Positions 1-15,375 are shown, counted from the stretch's first letter. The stretch is DNA of 64,000 nt from an uncultured Pseudomonadota bacterium (GCA_963836235.1 CAWIIP010000001.1:384001-448000); one strand, 5' to 3'. The notes: generated by a model from the sequence alone, not told the origin. Made by a program: numbers and translations.

Positions 1-1481
1 TCACGGTCCTTGCCGCTCAATTTTTCGGAGGACTCCAATCTCCCTCGAACCTCCCCCGGCAGTTTCGCCGAGGCTTCAAGCAGGGATCTCTCGGCGTCCT
101 TCATTCGGTCCAATGGGATTAGGTCGAAGAGTTTCTCCCCCAACGCCAACAGGACGGCAATCTGCGCGGGAACCGACACCGGGGCCCCTTCCGGCTGTTT
201 CAGGCAGGATCGTATCCGTCGTCCATGCTCAATGGCTTTGTGGGTGTTTTCATCCAGGCTTGCGCCGAACCTGGAAAAAGTCTCAAGTTCCTCGAATTGC
301 GCATAGGCAAGCTTGAGGTCTCCCGCCACCACCCGGTAGGCCTCGCGTTGCGCCTTTCCCCCAACCCTTGAAACGGATTTCCCCACATCGACCGCGGGCA
401 GTACTCCCAATTCAAACAGCGAGGGCGAGAGGTAAATCTGCCCATCCGTTATGGAAATCAGGTTCGTGGGAATATAGGCGGAAATATCCTGGGCCTGGGT
501 CTCGATGATGGGGAGCGCGGTAAGGGAACCTCCCCCGAGTTCCTTTCCCAAATGCGTCGTCCGTTCGAGCATCCGCGAATGGATATAAAAGATGTCGCCC
601 GGAAAGGCTTCCCGGCCTGGCGGACGGTTCAGCAGGAGGGAGAGTTCGCGGTAGGCGCGCGCGTGATGGGTAAGGTCATCGTAAACGATCAAAACATCCC
701 GGCCCGATTCCATGAAGGACTCCGCGATGCTGGTGGCGGCGTAGGGGGCGAGGTAAGTGAGGCCTGGAGGATCGTTACCCTCCGTCACGACGACCACGGT
801 GTAATCCATCGCGCCTTTTTCCCGCAAGGTCGCCACCGCCTTCGCGACGGCGGATGCCCGCTGGCCGATGAAACAATAAACGCACAATACATTCTGGTCC
901 CGCTGGTTGAGGATGGTATCGATGGCGATGGCTGTCTTCCCCGTCCGCCGGTCGCCGAGGATCAACTCCCTTTGGCCCCGCCCGATGGGGATAAGCGCGT
1001 CGATGACCTTGAGGCCAGTCTGGAGCGGGACCGTGACTGGTGCCCGGTCCATGATGGGCGCGGCGGGGCGTTCGACGGGCAGGCGCCCGCTGGAGGCCAC
1101 CGGTCCGTTTTCATCAAGGGGGCGTCCCAGCGGATCAATGACCCTGCCCAGCAATCCCTCGCCCACGGCCACATCCATGACCCGGCCCGTCCGCCGGACT
1201 TCATCCCCCGCCCGCAAATGCCAGTATTCCCCGAGCAGGACTACGCCGATTTCGTTCTCGTCGACGTTAAAGGCGATTCCGAGCACGTCGCCCGGAAACT
1301 CGATCAATTCCTCAAATCCCACTCCCGGAAGACCCGAAACCTTGGCAATACCGGTTCCGACACTCATGATCGTTCCAACCTCTCGTGGCATCAGTTGAGG
1401 CTTGGTCGCTTCCAGCGTTTGGCCTATTCCGGCAAACGCGCTTTCAAAAACACTTTCAAGGTTTTCGGTTTCCATGTTCAT
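1..1481 (-). CDS. atpA: F1 ATP synthase alpha subunit (N-ATPase type), 3' end runs off the window
   Basis: Not in the ORF track because it is truncated. Minus-strand translation from the ATG at 1481 (ATGA overlap with the atpF stop) contains [17 protein letters not shown] and [13 protein letters not shown]; follows atpF. Confidence 0.93.
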   Translation of the reverse strand, partial: MNMETENLESVFESAFAGIGQTLEATKPQLMPREVGTIMSVGTGIAKVSGLPGVGFEELIEFPGDVLGIAFNVDENEIGVVLLGEYWHLRAGDEVRRTGRVMDVAVGEGLLGRVIDPLGRPLDENGPVASSGRLPVERPAAPIMDRAPVTVPLQTGLKVIDALIPIGRGQRELILGDRRTGKTAIAIDTILNQRDQNVLCVYCFIGQRASAVAKAVATLREKGAMDYTVVVVTEGNDPPGLTYLAPYAATSIAESFMESGRDVLIVYDDLTHHARAYRELSLLLNRPPGREAFPGDIFYIHSRMLERTTHLGKELGGGSLTALPIIETQAQDISAYIPTNLISITDGQIYLSPSLFELGVLPAVDVGKSVSRVGGKAQREAYRVVAGDLKLAYAQFEELETFSRFGASLDENTHKAIEHGRRIRSCLKQPEGAPVSVPAQIAVLLALGEKLFDLIPLDRMKDAERSLLEASAKLPGEVRGRLESSEKLSGKDR

Positions 1482-2623
1482 GCGCTCTTTGTTCCCGGAC
1501 TGACTTTTTCCGGCTTGGGTTCCACTTTGACTTCCGGCCCAGGCTCGGCTTTAACTTCTGTTTTTGGTCCATTTTTTATTTCAGGTTTAGGGGTTACTTC
1601 GGCTTTAGGCTTAAGCGCTACCTCTTCTTCAGGTTTGATCTCGGCTTTGGCCTCGGGCTTTGGCGGTGCTTTGAGCTCAACTTTAGGTTCGACTTTAGCT
1701 TCCGGCTTAGGTTCGGCTTTGATACCCGTCTTCCGAACCTCCCTCTCCGCCTGACTCCAGTCCTGGATCGCCGAATCGTTTTTGCGACCATGCATCTCGT
1801 ACAGTTCGTAAGCGCGCTTGGCGATCCGTGGCGTCAAATCGGACGATGCCTTGCTCGCGGTTTTATCCTTCTCTTTCAGGATCTCCTCAACACCCTTTTC
1901 CATCGACACCAGGTAATCCTCGATGCTCCATGCAAGCTTTTGTCCATTTGTAGTGAGTTCAATACCGTTGATCAATTCCGGGGCGGCTTCGAAACGAACG
2001 CGAATCTCGGATGAAAAAGTCTCGTTCAGCGCCTTTTGGATGGAAGCTCGCTGCTCCATGGGTAAGTCAAAAGCGCTTCGAACCAGCGCGGGTTCAGGAG
2101 CCGTCCGAAGGGCCCCGGCAAGGTCGGCTTTCGCCTGGCCTTCCATCTTCCGCAAACGGTTGATAAACAGGTCAGCCATTCGCTCCTCCAAACCCGTACC
2201 AGCGAGATCAGATAGCGTCTTTCGCGCGATGGAGAATACTTCCTTGCCCGTCCGACGCCGGATGGCCTGGTGCAGGTTATGTTCTTCCGCCTTCAGGGCT
2301 TCCAGCCGTTTATAACTCAAATCCTCGGCGGCCCTTCGCGCCTCCACGAGAAGCCGTTGGCGTTCAGCCTGGGCCTCGACCGTTACCTGGTTCAATAGCA
2401 TGGCTCGTTGCCGATCAAATTCCTCATTTTTGCGCTTGAAATCGTCGCCCTCCTTTTGGGCTTCGGACTTCTTCTTGTCCGCCTCCGCGAGTTCGGCGGC
2501 GATCCTCTTTTCCCGCTCATTGATGGCGTTGAGGATGGGCTTATATAAAAAGCGCTTCATCAGCCACACCAAAATGAGGAAGTTGAGCGCCTGGGCGATG
2601 ACAGTGAACCAATCGATGAGCAT
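1478..2623 (-). CDS. atpF: N-ATPase subunit b (b/delta-like) with extra C-terminal DUF2934-like domain and Lys/Pro/Glu repeat tail
   Basis: [30 protein letters not shown] start; C-terminal [11 protein letters not shown]....[12 protein letters not shown] followed by KPE repeats. Confidence 0.9.
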   Translation of the reverse strand: MLIDWFTVIAQALNFLILVWLMKRFLYKPILNAINEREKRIAAELAEADKKKSEAQKEGDDFKRKNEEFDRQRAMLLNQVTVEAQAERQRLLVEARRAAEDLSYKRLEALKAEEHNLHQAIRRRTGKEVFSIARKTLSDLAGTGLEERMADLFINRLRKMEGQAKADLAGALRTAPEPALVRSAFDLPMEQRASIQKALNETFSSEIRVRFEAAPELINGIELTTNGQKLAWSIEDYLVSMEKGVEEILKEKDKTASKASSDLTPRIAKRAYELYEMHGRKNDSAIQDWSQAEREVRKTGIKAEPKPEAKVEPKVELKAPPKPEAKAEIKPEEEVALKPKAEVTPKPEIKNGPKTEVKAEPGPEVKVEPKPEKVSPGTKSA

Positions 2624-2627
2624 GGGT

Positions 2628-2909
2628 TTACTTTCCCGCCACTTGGGCAATGGCGTGGTTCCAGAAGGGGTTGGCGAAGATGAGAATCATCGAGACCACG
2701 AAACAATAGATGGCAGTGGACTCGATCATCGCCAGTCCCACGAACAAAGTCCGGGTGATGGTGGCGGAGGCATCCGGCTGTTGGGCCAGTGAAGTCAAGG
2801 CCGTCGCGACCGCCCTCCCTTCCGCCAGGGCGGGCCCCATCGTCCCGAAACCGGTGGTTATCCCCGCGATGACAATCGATGCCACCGCGATAATCGTTAA
2901 GCTGTCCAT
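2628..2909 (-). CDS. atpE: N-ATPase subunit c
   Basis: Two hydrophobic helices, QQP loop, ESTAIY (ESTxxY) ion-binding motif. Confidence 0.95.
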   Translation of the reverse strand: MDSLTIIAVASIVIAGITTGFGTMGPALAEGRAVATALTSLAQQPDASATITRTLFVGLAMIESTAIYCFVVSMILIFANPFWNHAIAQVAGK

Positions 2910-2941
2910 GCGTCCTCCTTTTATTTACTATGTTTTTTTCT

Positions 2942-3739
2942 TCAATGATTCAAAACGGGCAAATGATCGGCCACGACCTCCTTTTCGGTTTCGGTCCCAG
3001 GTTTCGGGTCGGCTTTTATCCCGGCCTTCGCCCCACCCTTGCCTTCCGGTTTTGAATCCGTTTCAGGCTTGGGCTTTCGAACCCTTGTCGCCGCCGCGAT
3101 ATAAACCCCTGCCAGGATGCTGAAGATATAGGCCTGAACCATTCCGGTGAGAAGGCCGAGGACCATCATGATGATCGGGAAAACAAACGGCGTGATCGTG
3201 AGCAGGATGGCTATAATCATCGCCCCGCTCATCATGTTGCCGAACAAACGGACAGCCAGGGCCAAGGTGCGCGAAAGTTCGCTGATGATGTTGAAAGGCA
3301 GCATGATGAAGGTGGGCTTCATGTAGGACTTGAGGTAGTTTCCCAACCCTTGATCCTCGATTCCGAAGAAAGGCACGGCCACGAACACGCACAAGGCGAG
3401 CGCGGCTGTGGTCGAAAGCGATCCGGTGGGGGGCTCGTAGCCGGGGATGACCGTGCAAAGGCTGGCTGCGGCGACAAAAAGAAAAAGGGTGCCAAGGAAG
3501 CCAATATATTTCTCGGGCCGGCTCAAACCCACCTCTTGGATTTGCTTTTCGATGGCGGTAACGACAATTTCAAGCAGGTTTTGCCACCGGGAACGGTCCG
3601 GCCCCGTCGAAAGCTTATGGGTGAGGATCTTGGAACCCACCGTCAGGATAAACATGAGCCCCCAAGTGAAAACAATGGTTCCGTTGAGTTTGAGAAAACC
3701 ATGATGCCAAAAGATCATCTCATCTGGAGTAAGGCGCAT
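2942..3739 (-). CDS. atpB: F0 subunit a
   Basis: SRTLALAVRLFGNM and QAYIF motifs. Confidence 0.95.
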   Translation of the reverse strand: MRLTPDEMIFWHHGFLKLNGTIVFTWGLMFILTVGSKILTHKLSTGPDRSRWQNLLEIVVTAIEKQIQEVGLSRPEKYIGFLGTLFLFVAAASLCTVIPGYEPPTGSLSTTAALALCVFVAVPFFGIEDQGLGNYLKSYMKPTFIMLPFNIISELSRTLALAVRLFGNMMSGAMIIAILLTITPFVFPIIMMVLGLLTGMVQAYIFSILAGVYIAAATRVRKPKPETDSKPEGKGGAKAGIKADPKPGTETEKEVVADHLPVLNH

Positions 3740-4040
3740 GGCCGACCCCCTGTGCCAGGATTTTCGGTTTTTCCACCCCACCCGTAAGCCGCGTCACGAT
3801 ATAGCGGCCAATTAAAAACCCCAGCAGGCATACCAGGAGCCTCTCCCAATGTCCGTGAGCGATGAAATAGAAGCCACCCAAGGTGATCCCCATCCTTAAC
3901 AACAGGCTGCCGAGGAACCAAAGGGCGGGCCGTTTGATCGAAACCCCTTTCTGAACCGTCCACCAGAGGCCGCCAAAAAATATTCCGCCTATCAAGACGC
4001 CACCCGCCAAAGCCATCCCCATTTTTAAAAAATCAGTCAT
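3720..4040 (-). CDS. atpR: N-ATPase AtpR subunit
   Basis: FFGGLWWTV motif, hydrophobic, position between atpQ and atpB. Confidence 0.85.
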   Translation of the reverse strand: MTDFLKMGMALAGGVLIGGIFFGGLWWTVQKGVSIKRPALWFLGSLLLRMGITLGGFYFIAHGHWERLLVCLLGFLIGRYIVTRLTGGVEKPKILAQGVGHAPYSR

Positions 4041-4354
4041 TTTGGTCCTCCCCCATTTCCTTGTCCTGTTGGGCCACCCAATGCCAGGCGTTCATGCATC
4101 CAATCGCGAGTCCCGCCGCCATGAGGGCCAACGTCCAGGAATGCCCGCCCGGATGCCGTTTGTCCAACCATAGGCCAAGTGCCGCGCCAAGGAGGGTCGG
4201 CACCACCACCGACCAGCCGATTAGCCCCATCATTCCCAAACCAAACCAGACGCCCTTGACCGGATTCCGTTGGGCCCTGATCTTGCGTACCGCCTTCTCG
4301 CCGACCTCCCGGCTGAACCCTGTCGTATCTTTCCCCTGTTCGGTTTCGGGTTTT

Positions 4355-4362
<8 letters not shown>
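4033..4362 (-). CDS. atpQ: AtpQ/AtpI-like (ATPase_gene1) membrane protein
   Basis: GLGMMGLIGWSVVVPTLLG..LG.WLD motif, N-ATPase operon position. Confidence 0.85.
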
Positions 4363-7409
<3,047 letters not shown>

Positions 7410-7413
<4 letters not shown>

Positions 7414-9779
7414 TGAGTGACGCTCCACTTCCATTTGCGGATTTCGGGCATGTCTTGGCCTTGTTTATCGATGTAAAGCTTGTGCTCGACGAGTTTGTCC
7501 TTGACCATCTGCTTGATGTAAGCCCCTCTCGTTCCCAGCTTTGGTAGGCGGTCCACAACGTCTTGTACTAGGTGGAACCTGTCCAATTTGTTCAACACCC
7601 TCATGTCAAAAGCCGTGGTGATTGCGCCCTCCTCCACATAGCCCCGGACGTGGATATTCCGGTTGGTCCTGCGGTAGGTCAACCGGTGGATCAGCCAGGG
7701 GTATCCATGGAAGGCGAAGACGACGGGTTTATCCTTGGTGAAAAGCGAATCGAAATTCGTATCATTCAGCCCATGTGGGTGCTCGGTTTGCGGCTGTAAT
7801 CTCATCAGATCGACCACATTGATCATCCGGATTTTCAATTCGGGCAAATGTTGGCGAAGGATGGAAACGGCGGCAAGGGTTTCCAAGGTAGGTGTGTCCC
7901 CACAGCAAGCTAGGACCACATCGGGCTCGGCACCTTGGTCGTTGCTAGCCCATTGCCATATGCCGATACCTTCCGTGCAGTGCTTTTCCGCGGCGTCCAT
8001 GTCCAGCCATTGGGGAAGAGCGTGTTTCCCCGCGACCACCACGTTCACATAGTGACGGCTCCGCAGGCAGTGGTCAAAAACCGAAAGGAGGCAGTTGGCG
8101 TCGGGCGGAAGGTAAACGCGAACGATATCGGCCTTCTTGTTCACCACATGGTCGAGGAAGCCGGGGTCCTGGTGGGTGAAACCATTGTGATCCTGTTGCC
8201 AGACGTGGGAGGCCAGAAGGTAGTTCAACGACGCGATCTTCCTCCGCCAGGGCAATTCAGCGGTGATCTTCAACCACTTGGCGTGCTGGTTGAACATCGA
8301 ATCGATAATATGTATGAATGCCTCGTAACAATTGAAAAGTCCGTGCCGCCCCGTGAGCAGATAACCCTCCAGCCAGCCCTCCGACTGGTGCTCACTCAGC
8401 ATCGAGTCCAGCACCCGCCCGGTGGGCGAGAGAAATTCATCGTTCTTTTCGGTTCGGGCATCCCACTGACGGTTGGTTTCCTCAAAGACCGCGCCCAGAA
8501 GGTTCGAGAGGGTTTCATCTGGACCAAAGATACGGAAATTGTTTTGATCCATATTTATCTTGGCCACATCCCGTAGAAACTTTCCAAGCACCATCGTATC
8601 CTGGCCGTTAACGGCTCCAGGTGACGGCACCTTCACGGCATAGACACGGAAATCCGGCATCCGCAGGTCTCGAAGCAGTAACCCCCCATTAGCGTGGGGA
8701 TTAGCGCCCATCCGCCGGTCGCCCTTGGGTGCCAACTCGGCCAATTCCGGCATGATACAGCCATTTTTGTCGAAAAGTTCTTCCGGTTTATAGCTCTTCA
8801 TCCAGCTTTCCAATTGATGGAGGTGATCGGGATGCTCCGAATCCACCAGGAGCGGAACCTGGTGTGCCCGGAACGTGCCCTCCACTTGGAGGCCGTCGAC
8901 GGTTTTTGGTCCCGTCCAACCCTTTGGCGACCTGAGGACGATCATCGGCCAGCGAGGCCGGGTGGTGTCATTTTTGTCCCGCGCGTATTTTTGGATTTGC
9001 CGTATTTCCTCGACGGCCTGTTCCAGGGTAGCCGCCATGAGTTGATGCATCTTTTCCGGGTCATCTCCCTCCACAAAATAAGGTTTCCATCCGCACCCCT
9101 CTAAGAATTTTTCCAATTCCTCAGGTTCGATTCGGGCCAGGACGGTGGGGTTGGATATCTTGTAGCCGTTGAGATGAAGAATCGGCAATACCGCACCATC
9201 GGAAACGGGATTAAGGAATTTGTTGGAATGCCAGGCCGTGGCCAAAGGCCCCGTTTCAGCCTCGCCGTCGCCGATAACACAAGCCACTATGAGGCCAGGA
9301 TTATCGAAGGCGGCCCCGAATGCATGGCTGAGGGAGTACCCCAACTCGCCCCCCTCATGGATCGACCCAGGTGTCGTGGGGGCGACATGGCTGGAAATCC
9401 CGCCAGGAAAGGAAAATTGCGTGAAAAGTTTTTTTAAGCCCTCTTCATTTCGGCTGATGTTGGAGTAAACCTCGCTATAGGTGCCTTCCAGGTAAGTATT
9501 GGCAACCAGGGCCGGCCCGCCGTGGCCGGGACCGGCGATATAAAACATATCCAAGTCATACTTTTTGATGATCCGGTTCAGGTGAACGTATATGAAGTTC
9601 TGGCCGGGGGTCGTGCCCCAATGCCCGACCACCAAAGGCTTAACGTGGGACAGCTTCAAGGGCTCCTTCAGCAACGGATTGTCATAAAGGTATATCTGGC
9701 CGACCGACAGATAGTTCGCGGCGCGCCAATAGGCATCCATTTTGCGGAGCAGTTCAGGTGAAAGTGTTTCGGTCCCCAT
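7410..9779 (-). CDS. xfp: Phosphoketolase (XFP family)
   Basis: [39 protein letters not shown]. Confidence 0.96.
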
Positions 9780-9795
9780 TTTAAATCCCCCTTTT

Positions 9796-10995
9796 TCAGC
9801 CGATGTCGAGAAGGCGGCAAACCATCTTGGCGATCATGAATTCCTCGTCCGTGCAAATGATGCGGACGCTAACCCGGCTTTTGTCTCGGGATATCACCCC
9901 CTCGTTCGCCGTGTTCCGTTTTTCTTCGAGTTCAATCCCCAGAAATTCCAGTCCATCGCAAATCCGGGCCCGGACCGTGGGCGCGTTTTCGCCGATACCG
10001 GCCGAGAATACCAGCGTGTCCAGGCCGCCTAACGCCGCCGCGAAAGCGCCGATCCATTTCTTGACCTGGTAGCAAAATAACGTTATGGCCTCCGCCGCCC
10101 GCTGGTCCATCTTTTCGCTTTTCAACAAATCGCCCATATCCGAACTGGTTTCTGAAACCCCAATGAGTCCGGATTTGAAATTAACCATTTCATTGAATCC
10201 TTTTGCGTCGAGTCCCTCTTCACGCGCCAGGTAACCAAACAATCCGGGATCAATATCCCCGGAACGTGTGCCCATCGGCACACCGGCTGCGGGTGTAAAA
10301 CTCATACTGGTGTCCAGGGACTTTCCTTGCCGGACCGCCGCCAGGCTCGCGCCATTGCCAAGGTGGGCGAGGATGATCTTGCCTTGTGCCGCCTTCACCC
10401 CGGCCAAGCGGGCCAACTCCTCCATGAGGTACGAATAGGATAACCCGTGAAATCCATACCGGAGCACCCCCTTTGCCTCGTACCGGCGCGGAATCGGCAA
10501 CATCCGAGCTACTCGCGGCAAATTTTTATGGAAAGCCGTGTCGAAACAGGCCACTTGGGGCAAGTCGGGAAACCGGCGATGAAAAGCATCAATCAACATG
10601 ATCTCTTCCGGCAAGTGTTCAGGATCGAAAGTCGTGAGTTGCCGTAATTCCTCGATCATTTCTTTTGTGATTATTTTCGGGTCGCTATAATTCGGTCCTC
10701 CATGAACCACCCGGTGTCCTACTGCCGCCAAGGCGTCACGACCGCCGCGTTCTCCTATCCAATCCATTAGTACGCCCACCGCCGATTTGTGATCGGGCGT
10801 CTTAACTGGTCGAGTAAAATTGTCCAAAGGGGCCGGTCCCTTGACCCGCAAGGTGGCATCCGGCAATCCAATCCGGTCAATCCTGCCCGCCAGAATCCGC
10901 CTTAAAGGGTCGCCAATCTCAAATAAGTCGAACTTGATACTTGATGAGCCGCCATTGATGGTCAAAATGCGGGGTTCAGACGGATTCATCGCCAA
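9796..10995 (-). CDS. ackA: Acetate kinase
   Basis: [37 protein letters not shown]. Confidence 0.95.
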   Translation of the reverse strand: MAMNPSEPRILTINGGSSSIKFDLFEIGDPLRRILAGRIDRIGLPDATLRVKGPAPLDNFTRPVKTPDHKSAVGVLMDWIGERGGRDALAAVGHRVVHGGPNYSDPKIITKEMIEELRQLTTFDPEHLPEEIMLIDAFHRRFPDLPQVACFDTAFHKNLPRVARMLPIPRRYEAKGVLRYGFHGLSYSYLMEELARLAGVKAAQGKIILAHLGNGASLAAVRQGKSLDTSMSFTPAAGVPMGTRSGDIDPGLFGYLAREEGLDAKGFNEMVNFKSGLIGVSETSSDMGDLLKSEKMDQRAAEAITLFCYQVKKWIGAFAAALGGLDTLVFSAGIGENAPTVRARICDGLEFLGIELEEKRNTANEGVISRDKSRVSVRIICTDEEFMIAKMVCRLLDIG

Positions 10996-11623
10996 CTCCT
11001 TCCTGATTCCTCAACCCGAACGAGGCCAACTTCTTCTGCGTGGACTTTATGTCCCTGTGAAGAATGCTTCGAATCCCCAGACCTTCAGCGACTCGGACAA
11101 ACATCGGGGTGTTTTCGATATAGACAACCTGCCGGGCCGGGGCACGGGCTATATCCAGGGCGAACCGGAATATATCCGCGTCGGGTTTGCGGACATGCAC
11201 AAAGCAGGAGGTGATGAATGAATCAACGAAGGTATCGAGCCTGAATTTTCGTATCCGATAGGCGTTTAATTCCCGCGCTTCGTTGCTGACTACGGCGATC
11301 CTTAACTTGTAACGTTTCTTGAGCCCAGGGATCAATTCGATCATTTCGGGGTGGGGTTTTGACTGGGCGAACATGAAGTTCCGAAACTCAAGGCGGGTAA
11401 AGTGCCGTTTTCGGTAAAAAACAACCCGGCTTAGATATTCCTTAAATGAGAGCTTTCCCTCCTCATAGGCATCAAAGGTCAAATGATGGCGGTCCTCCAT
11501 CTCGTCTAAATCTATCTTGAATTTCACCGCCGCCCGTTTACGGGCGTGATGATCCCATCCGTCGGTGAGCAAGACTCCGCCGACATCCAGGAACAGTGTC
11601 GTAATCTCCGTTGGGCGTTTCAT
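10976..11623 (-). CDS. HAD-family phosphatase
   Basis: FLDVGGVL motif I, VSN, RKPD. Confidence 0.88.
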   Translation of the reverse strand: MKRPTEITTLFLDVGGVLLTDGWDHHARKRAAVKFKIDLDEMEDRHHLTFDAYEEGKLSFKEYLSRVVFYRKRHFTRLEFRNFMFAQSKPHPEMIELIPGLKKRYKLRIAVVSNEARELNAYRIRKFRLDTFVDSFITSCFVHVRKPDADIFRFALDIARAPARQVVYIENTPMFVRVAEGLGIRSILHRDIKSTQKKLASFGLRNQEGVGDESV

Positions 11624-11764
11624 AAGGGTCCCAGGGCTTCCGTTGTTTTACCGGGAGCGTTTAGTTTTGAAGGTTCATTCGTCATTTTCATCCCCATTTT
11701 AAATTCCCCTTCCATGCACTCGGAGACACCGGAGACGTAATCGCCCAACTCGCGCACGGGTTTT

Positions 11765-14311
11765 TCATTTTCGTTGCCATAGGATTTGGGCTCCTTCCAG
11801 GGGAACGGCAACGCCAGCCATATGGGGTATCACCCGCGCCGTATAGTCCCCAGGGGAACGGGCCACAGAAACCGCAGCGCCATAAACAAAACCACCTGAT
11901 ATTCCTACAAGTTGACGAAGTTGTTTCATCTCCTGCCGGATGGAAGGCCCGCCCTTGACCCCATCAGCGTAAAGTTCCACTCGGATCGCATTGGAATCGA
12001 GGTCGTTGAGATAGATCTGAACTTCAAATTGATGCTGGTCGCCACAGGGCTCAATCTTTACTTCGCCGAAGCGAATCGCGGCCCACTTCCGATCTAGATT
12101 TTGCCGCCAATCGGCCATTTCCTTGCCCATCGCGCCTTTGTTCGTCGAGCGCGAATGGTAGGCTTCCGCTCTCTGAAGATAATGTTTCTCGGTGTATTCC
12201 CGGACCGCCCGGTCGGAGGAAAAGAGAGGGGTCAGGCGCGCCATGCTCTCCCGCATCCGTTTAACCCAGGCTTTTGGAATACCGTTTCCATCCCGCGCGT
12301 AATATTCAGGGATCACTTCCCTTTCAAGCAGTCCATAAAGTGAATCGGCTTCAACCGCGTCCCATGCTGGATCGTCGCCGTGTTCCCGCCCATCCCCCAA
12401 AGCCCATCCAACCTCCGGCGCGTAAGCTTCTGACCACCAACCGTCCAATTCCGATAGATTGATCCCCCCATTGACGAGTACCTTCATTCCGCTCGTTCCG
12501 CAAGCTTCCCAAGGCCGCCGTGGCGTGTTAATCCAGACATCAACCCCTTGCACAAGGTATTCACTCAGGAGCATGTTGTAGTCACTCAGGAAAATCACGT
12601 GGGGGCGGACCTCGGGCCGCTTGATGAAACGGGACCATTCTTTAATCAGGTCTTGTCCTGCCTGGTCAGCCGGGTGGGCCTTACCGGCGAGGATGAGTTG
12701 CACCGGCCTTTGTGGATTAGTTAAAAGGCGAATCAGCCGGTCCGGATCGTGCAGCAGCATATTAGGCCTTTTGTAGGTCGCGAAGCGGCGCGCAAAACCC
12801 AAAGTCAACACATTTGGATTAAACGTGTGTTTTGCCCATTCAACCTCATCCGGCGGCGCGCCTGATGAAGCGAGTTGAAGAGGAAAGCGTTTCCGGACGT
12901 ATTCAACCAGAGCCTTGCTGGCGTCGATACGGAATTGCCAGAGGGCAGCGTCGGAAACCCCGCGAATATCCTTCTCCATGTTTTCAGTCGGATTCAGCCA
13001 CCGGTCTTTTCCGCAGGCTTTGGTCCAAAGGTCATCGGACGGGGCTGAATCCCAGGTCGGCATATGGACCCCGTTGGTGACATGGCTAATGGGTACTTCT
13101 GCCGTCGGCCAGTGTGAAAAGAGAGGCTCGAAGAGATGCCGACTCACCCGCCCATGTAAGCGGCTTACGCCATTGACAGCACCGCTGCCCCGGATGGCCA
13201 AATAAGCCATGTTGAAACTCTCGGATTGGTCATCGGGGTTTTGGCGGCCGAGCGCCAACAAGTCGCGGAGCGGTATACCAAGCTTCCGTGCGTATCCACT
13301 GAGGTACTGTTCGACGAGAGCCGGACTAAAACGGTCAAAACCGGCGACAACCGCCGTGTGAGTGGTAAACAGGTTGCCTGCCCTGGTAACGGCCAGGGCC
13401 ACGTCAAAAGGCTGTCCTGATTCCTCCATAAATTCCCGTGCGCGTTCCAACACGGCGAAAGCGGCGTGGCCTTCGTTGAGGTGACAGACCTCCGGCTTGA
13501 GGCCCAGCGCGCGGAGCAACCTCCACCCGCCTAACCCAATCACCATCTCTTGTTTCAAGCGTAACTCTGGGCCGCCGCCATAAAGCTCGCTGGTGATCCC
13601 CCGATGGGCTGGGAAATTGGCTACATCGTTGCTATCCAATAAGTAAAGCTTGACCCGGCCCACCTTAACCTGCCAGGCGCGCAACCAGACCGAGTAACCG
13701 GGCAAGGGGATTTCCAACCGCAACCATTCTCCATTCGGATGGCGCAAGGGTGTAATAGGCAACTGGCCGGGGTCGTTGTAAGGAAAGATAGCCTGTTGGG
13801 CCCCATCCTTGTCGATTACCTGGCGAAAATAGCCCTGCTGATACAGAAGTCCGACCCCGACCACGGGAACTCCCAGATCGCTGGCCGCTTTAAGCTGGTC
13901 GCCGGCCACATTTCCAAGTCCCCCCGAATAGATCGGGAGGGCTTCACTCAACATGAATTCCATACTGAAATACGCCACACAACTAAGGGGTGATTGGGGA
14001 TGGTGTTGCTGGTACCACGCTGGCGCTTCCTCCGCCTCCTTTTTGGACTGCACAAGTGCATCTATCTTCTTCCGAAAGACCGGATCAGAAAACATTCCCT
14101 TGATCTTTTCCCGGGAGACCGTCTGAAGGACATCACATGGGTGATGGGTTAGGTCCCACAAAACCGGATCTAGATTTCGCCAAATTTCGTCCGTGGCATG
14201 ATTCCAAGACCATCGCATATCCAAGGCAAGTTCCGCTAGTGAATCGAAGCCCTCGATTTCAGCGATGGGCAGATTGTAAATTGGATGTTTAATGGTTGTT
14301 TTGTCGGTCAT
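11765..14311 (-). CDS. glgP: Alpha-glucan (glycogen) phosphorylase
   Basis: YSGGLGNVAGD, FARRFATYKR, EACGTSGMK PLP-lysine motif. Confidence 0.96.
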   Translation of the reverse strand: MTDKTTIKHPIYNLPIAEIEGFDSLAELALDMRWSWNHATDEIWRNLDPVLWDLTHHPCDVLQTVSREKIKGMFSDPVFRKKIDALVQSKKEAEEAPAWYQQHHPQSPLSCVAYFSMEFMLSEALPIYSGGLGNVAGDQLKAASDLGVPVVGVGLLYQQGYFRQVIDKDGAQQAIFPYNDPGQLPITPLRHPNGEWLRLEIPLPGYSVWLRAWQVKVGRVKLYLLDSNDVANFPAHRGITSELYGGGPELRLKQEMVIGLGGWRLLRALGLKPEVCHLNEGHAAFAVLERAREFMEESGQPFDVALAVTRAGNLFTTHTAVVAGFDRFSPALVEQYLSGYARKLGIPLRDLLALGRQNPDDQSESFNMAYLAIRGSGAVNGVSRLHGRVSRHLFEPLFSHWPTAEVPISHVTNGVHMPTWDSAPSDDLWTKACGKDRWLNPTENMEKDIRGVSDAALWQFRIDASKALVEYVRKRFPLQLASSGAPPDEVEWAKHTFNPNVLTLGFARRFATYKRPNMLLHDPDRLIRLLTNPQRPVQLILAGKAHPADQAGQDLIKEWSRFIKRPEVRPHVIFLSDYNMLLSEYLVQGVDVWINTPRRPWEACGTSGMKVLVNGGINLSELDGWWSEAYAPEVGWALGDGREHGDDPAWDAVEADSLYGLLEREVIPEYYARDGNGIPKAWVKRMRESMARLTPLFSSDRAVREYTEKHYLQRAEAYHSRSTNKGAMGKEMADWRQNLDRKWAAIRFGEVKIEPCGDQHQFEVQIYLNDLDSNAIRVELYADGVKGGPSIRQEMKQLRQLVGISGGFVYGAAVSVARSPGDYTARVIPHMAGVAVPLEGAQILWQRK

Positions 14312-14883
14312 AATTTCACTTTCAATTTTTTCCAAAACGGAATCCCTTGCTCACGAGGGGACGTTGCCGAAGCATCACCGACGATTTCCTGTGCTTCCTC
14401 GAGAATTCGGCCCAAATGGGATTGGCCCTAGATATTCTCCGTTTAGATCTCATAAATTTTTCTATCTTCAACAGACGGGCGGCGCATTTTTATAATACTT
14501 TTTCATCAAATCAAAGTTTTTGATATGACTCCGGTCAGTTTCATCGTGAATTTTTATCGCATTCCTGTATTTAAACTGGGGATTTAAAAGGCCGAGTTGG
14601 TTGAACCAAAGTGAAATTGAAAACTTGGTTCGGATTCCGTTAAGACATTCGCCGGGGCCGGGGATCGTTTTCGCTAGTCCATCGATCAGGATTATTCTAA
14701 TGTTTCCAACTCATAAAACCTCGAGTCGGAGGTTTAATTTGTAAACTTTTCTTCCAATTGACCACACCAAGTATTTGGATCTTCCATATCAAAATGATCT
14801 ATCGGATTCTCATTTTGATTCGTCCCTAAATTTACAAATCCCGAAATAAACAAATAAAAACGGGTTAAAAATAAATTTTTAAA

Positions 14884-14898
14884 CGGCTTAGTTCTTGC
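14884..14898 (+). promoter_or_regulatory. Putative sigma54 (-24/-12) promoter for the DUF2934 gene
   Basis: CGGCTT-AGTTC-TTGC (GG-N10-GC); inverted repeat ATCAAAATGA...TCATTTTGAT at ~14788-14819 upstream as candidate activator site. Confidence 0.5.
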
Positions 14899-14964
14899 CA
14901 TTAGTCAAAGTTAACCATAAATACCATTTCGGTTTGAGTTCAAATAGAGAGGAAGGAAATACCA

Positions 14965-15183
14965 ATGGTTAAGAATGAAATGATCAAAACAGAACCCACC
15001 CCAACAGCCGACGGGGTATTGAACAAAATCGAAGAGGCCGCTTATTACAGTTGGTTAAATCGCGGCCGTTACGCGCAGCCAGGCGATGAGTTGAACGATT
15101 GGATTGAAGCAGAAAAAGAAGTGTTGAACAAGGTACAAAAAAACCAGCCGCTTAAAGAAAAAATACCAAAAGTTAAAAAATAA
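14965..15183 (+). CDS. DUF2934-like small protein
   Basis: IEEAAYYSWLNRG...G.ELNDWIEAEKEV; preceded by GAGGAAGG RBS. Confidence 0.8.
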   Translation: MVKNEMIKTEPTPTADGVLNKIEEAAYYSWLNRGRYAQPGDELNDWIEAEKEVLNKVQKNQPLKEKIPKVKK

Positions 15184-15375
15184 ATTATCTGCTTTTAATT
15201 GTCCATCACGGCTCCTCGTTGCGAAAAATTTAAGCGTGAAAATCCGTTACGCTTCCCACGAAGTGTAACGGCCAAAAACCGGGTAGTACAAGCCCATCAT
15301 CCCGCAAAAGCTTTGGGAGAAAACTCAGAAGGTGATGGGAAAACACTTCAAATTAAGATAATCAGTAGTACTGAG

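Noticed and set aside
552-1754. Long plus-strand ORFs (e.g. 552-1754, 6520-7416, 26715-27851)
   Set aside because: Antisense shadows of well-supported minus-strand genes in GC-rich coding DNA
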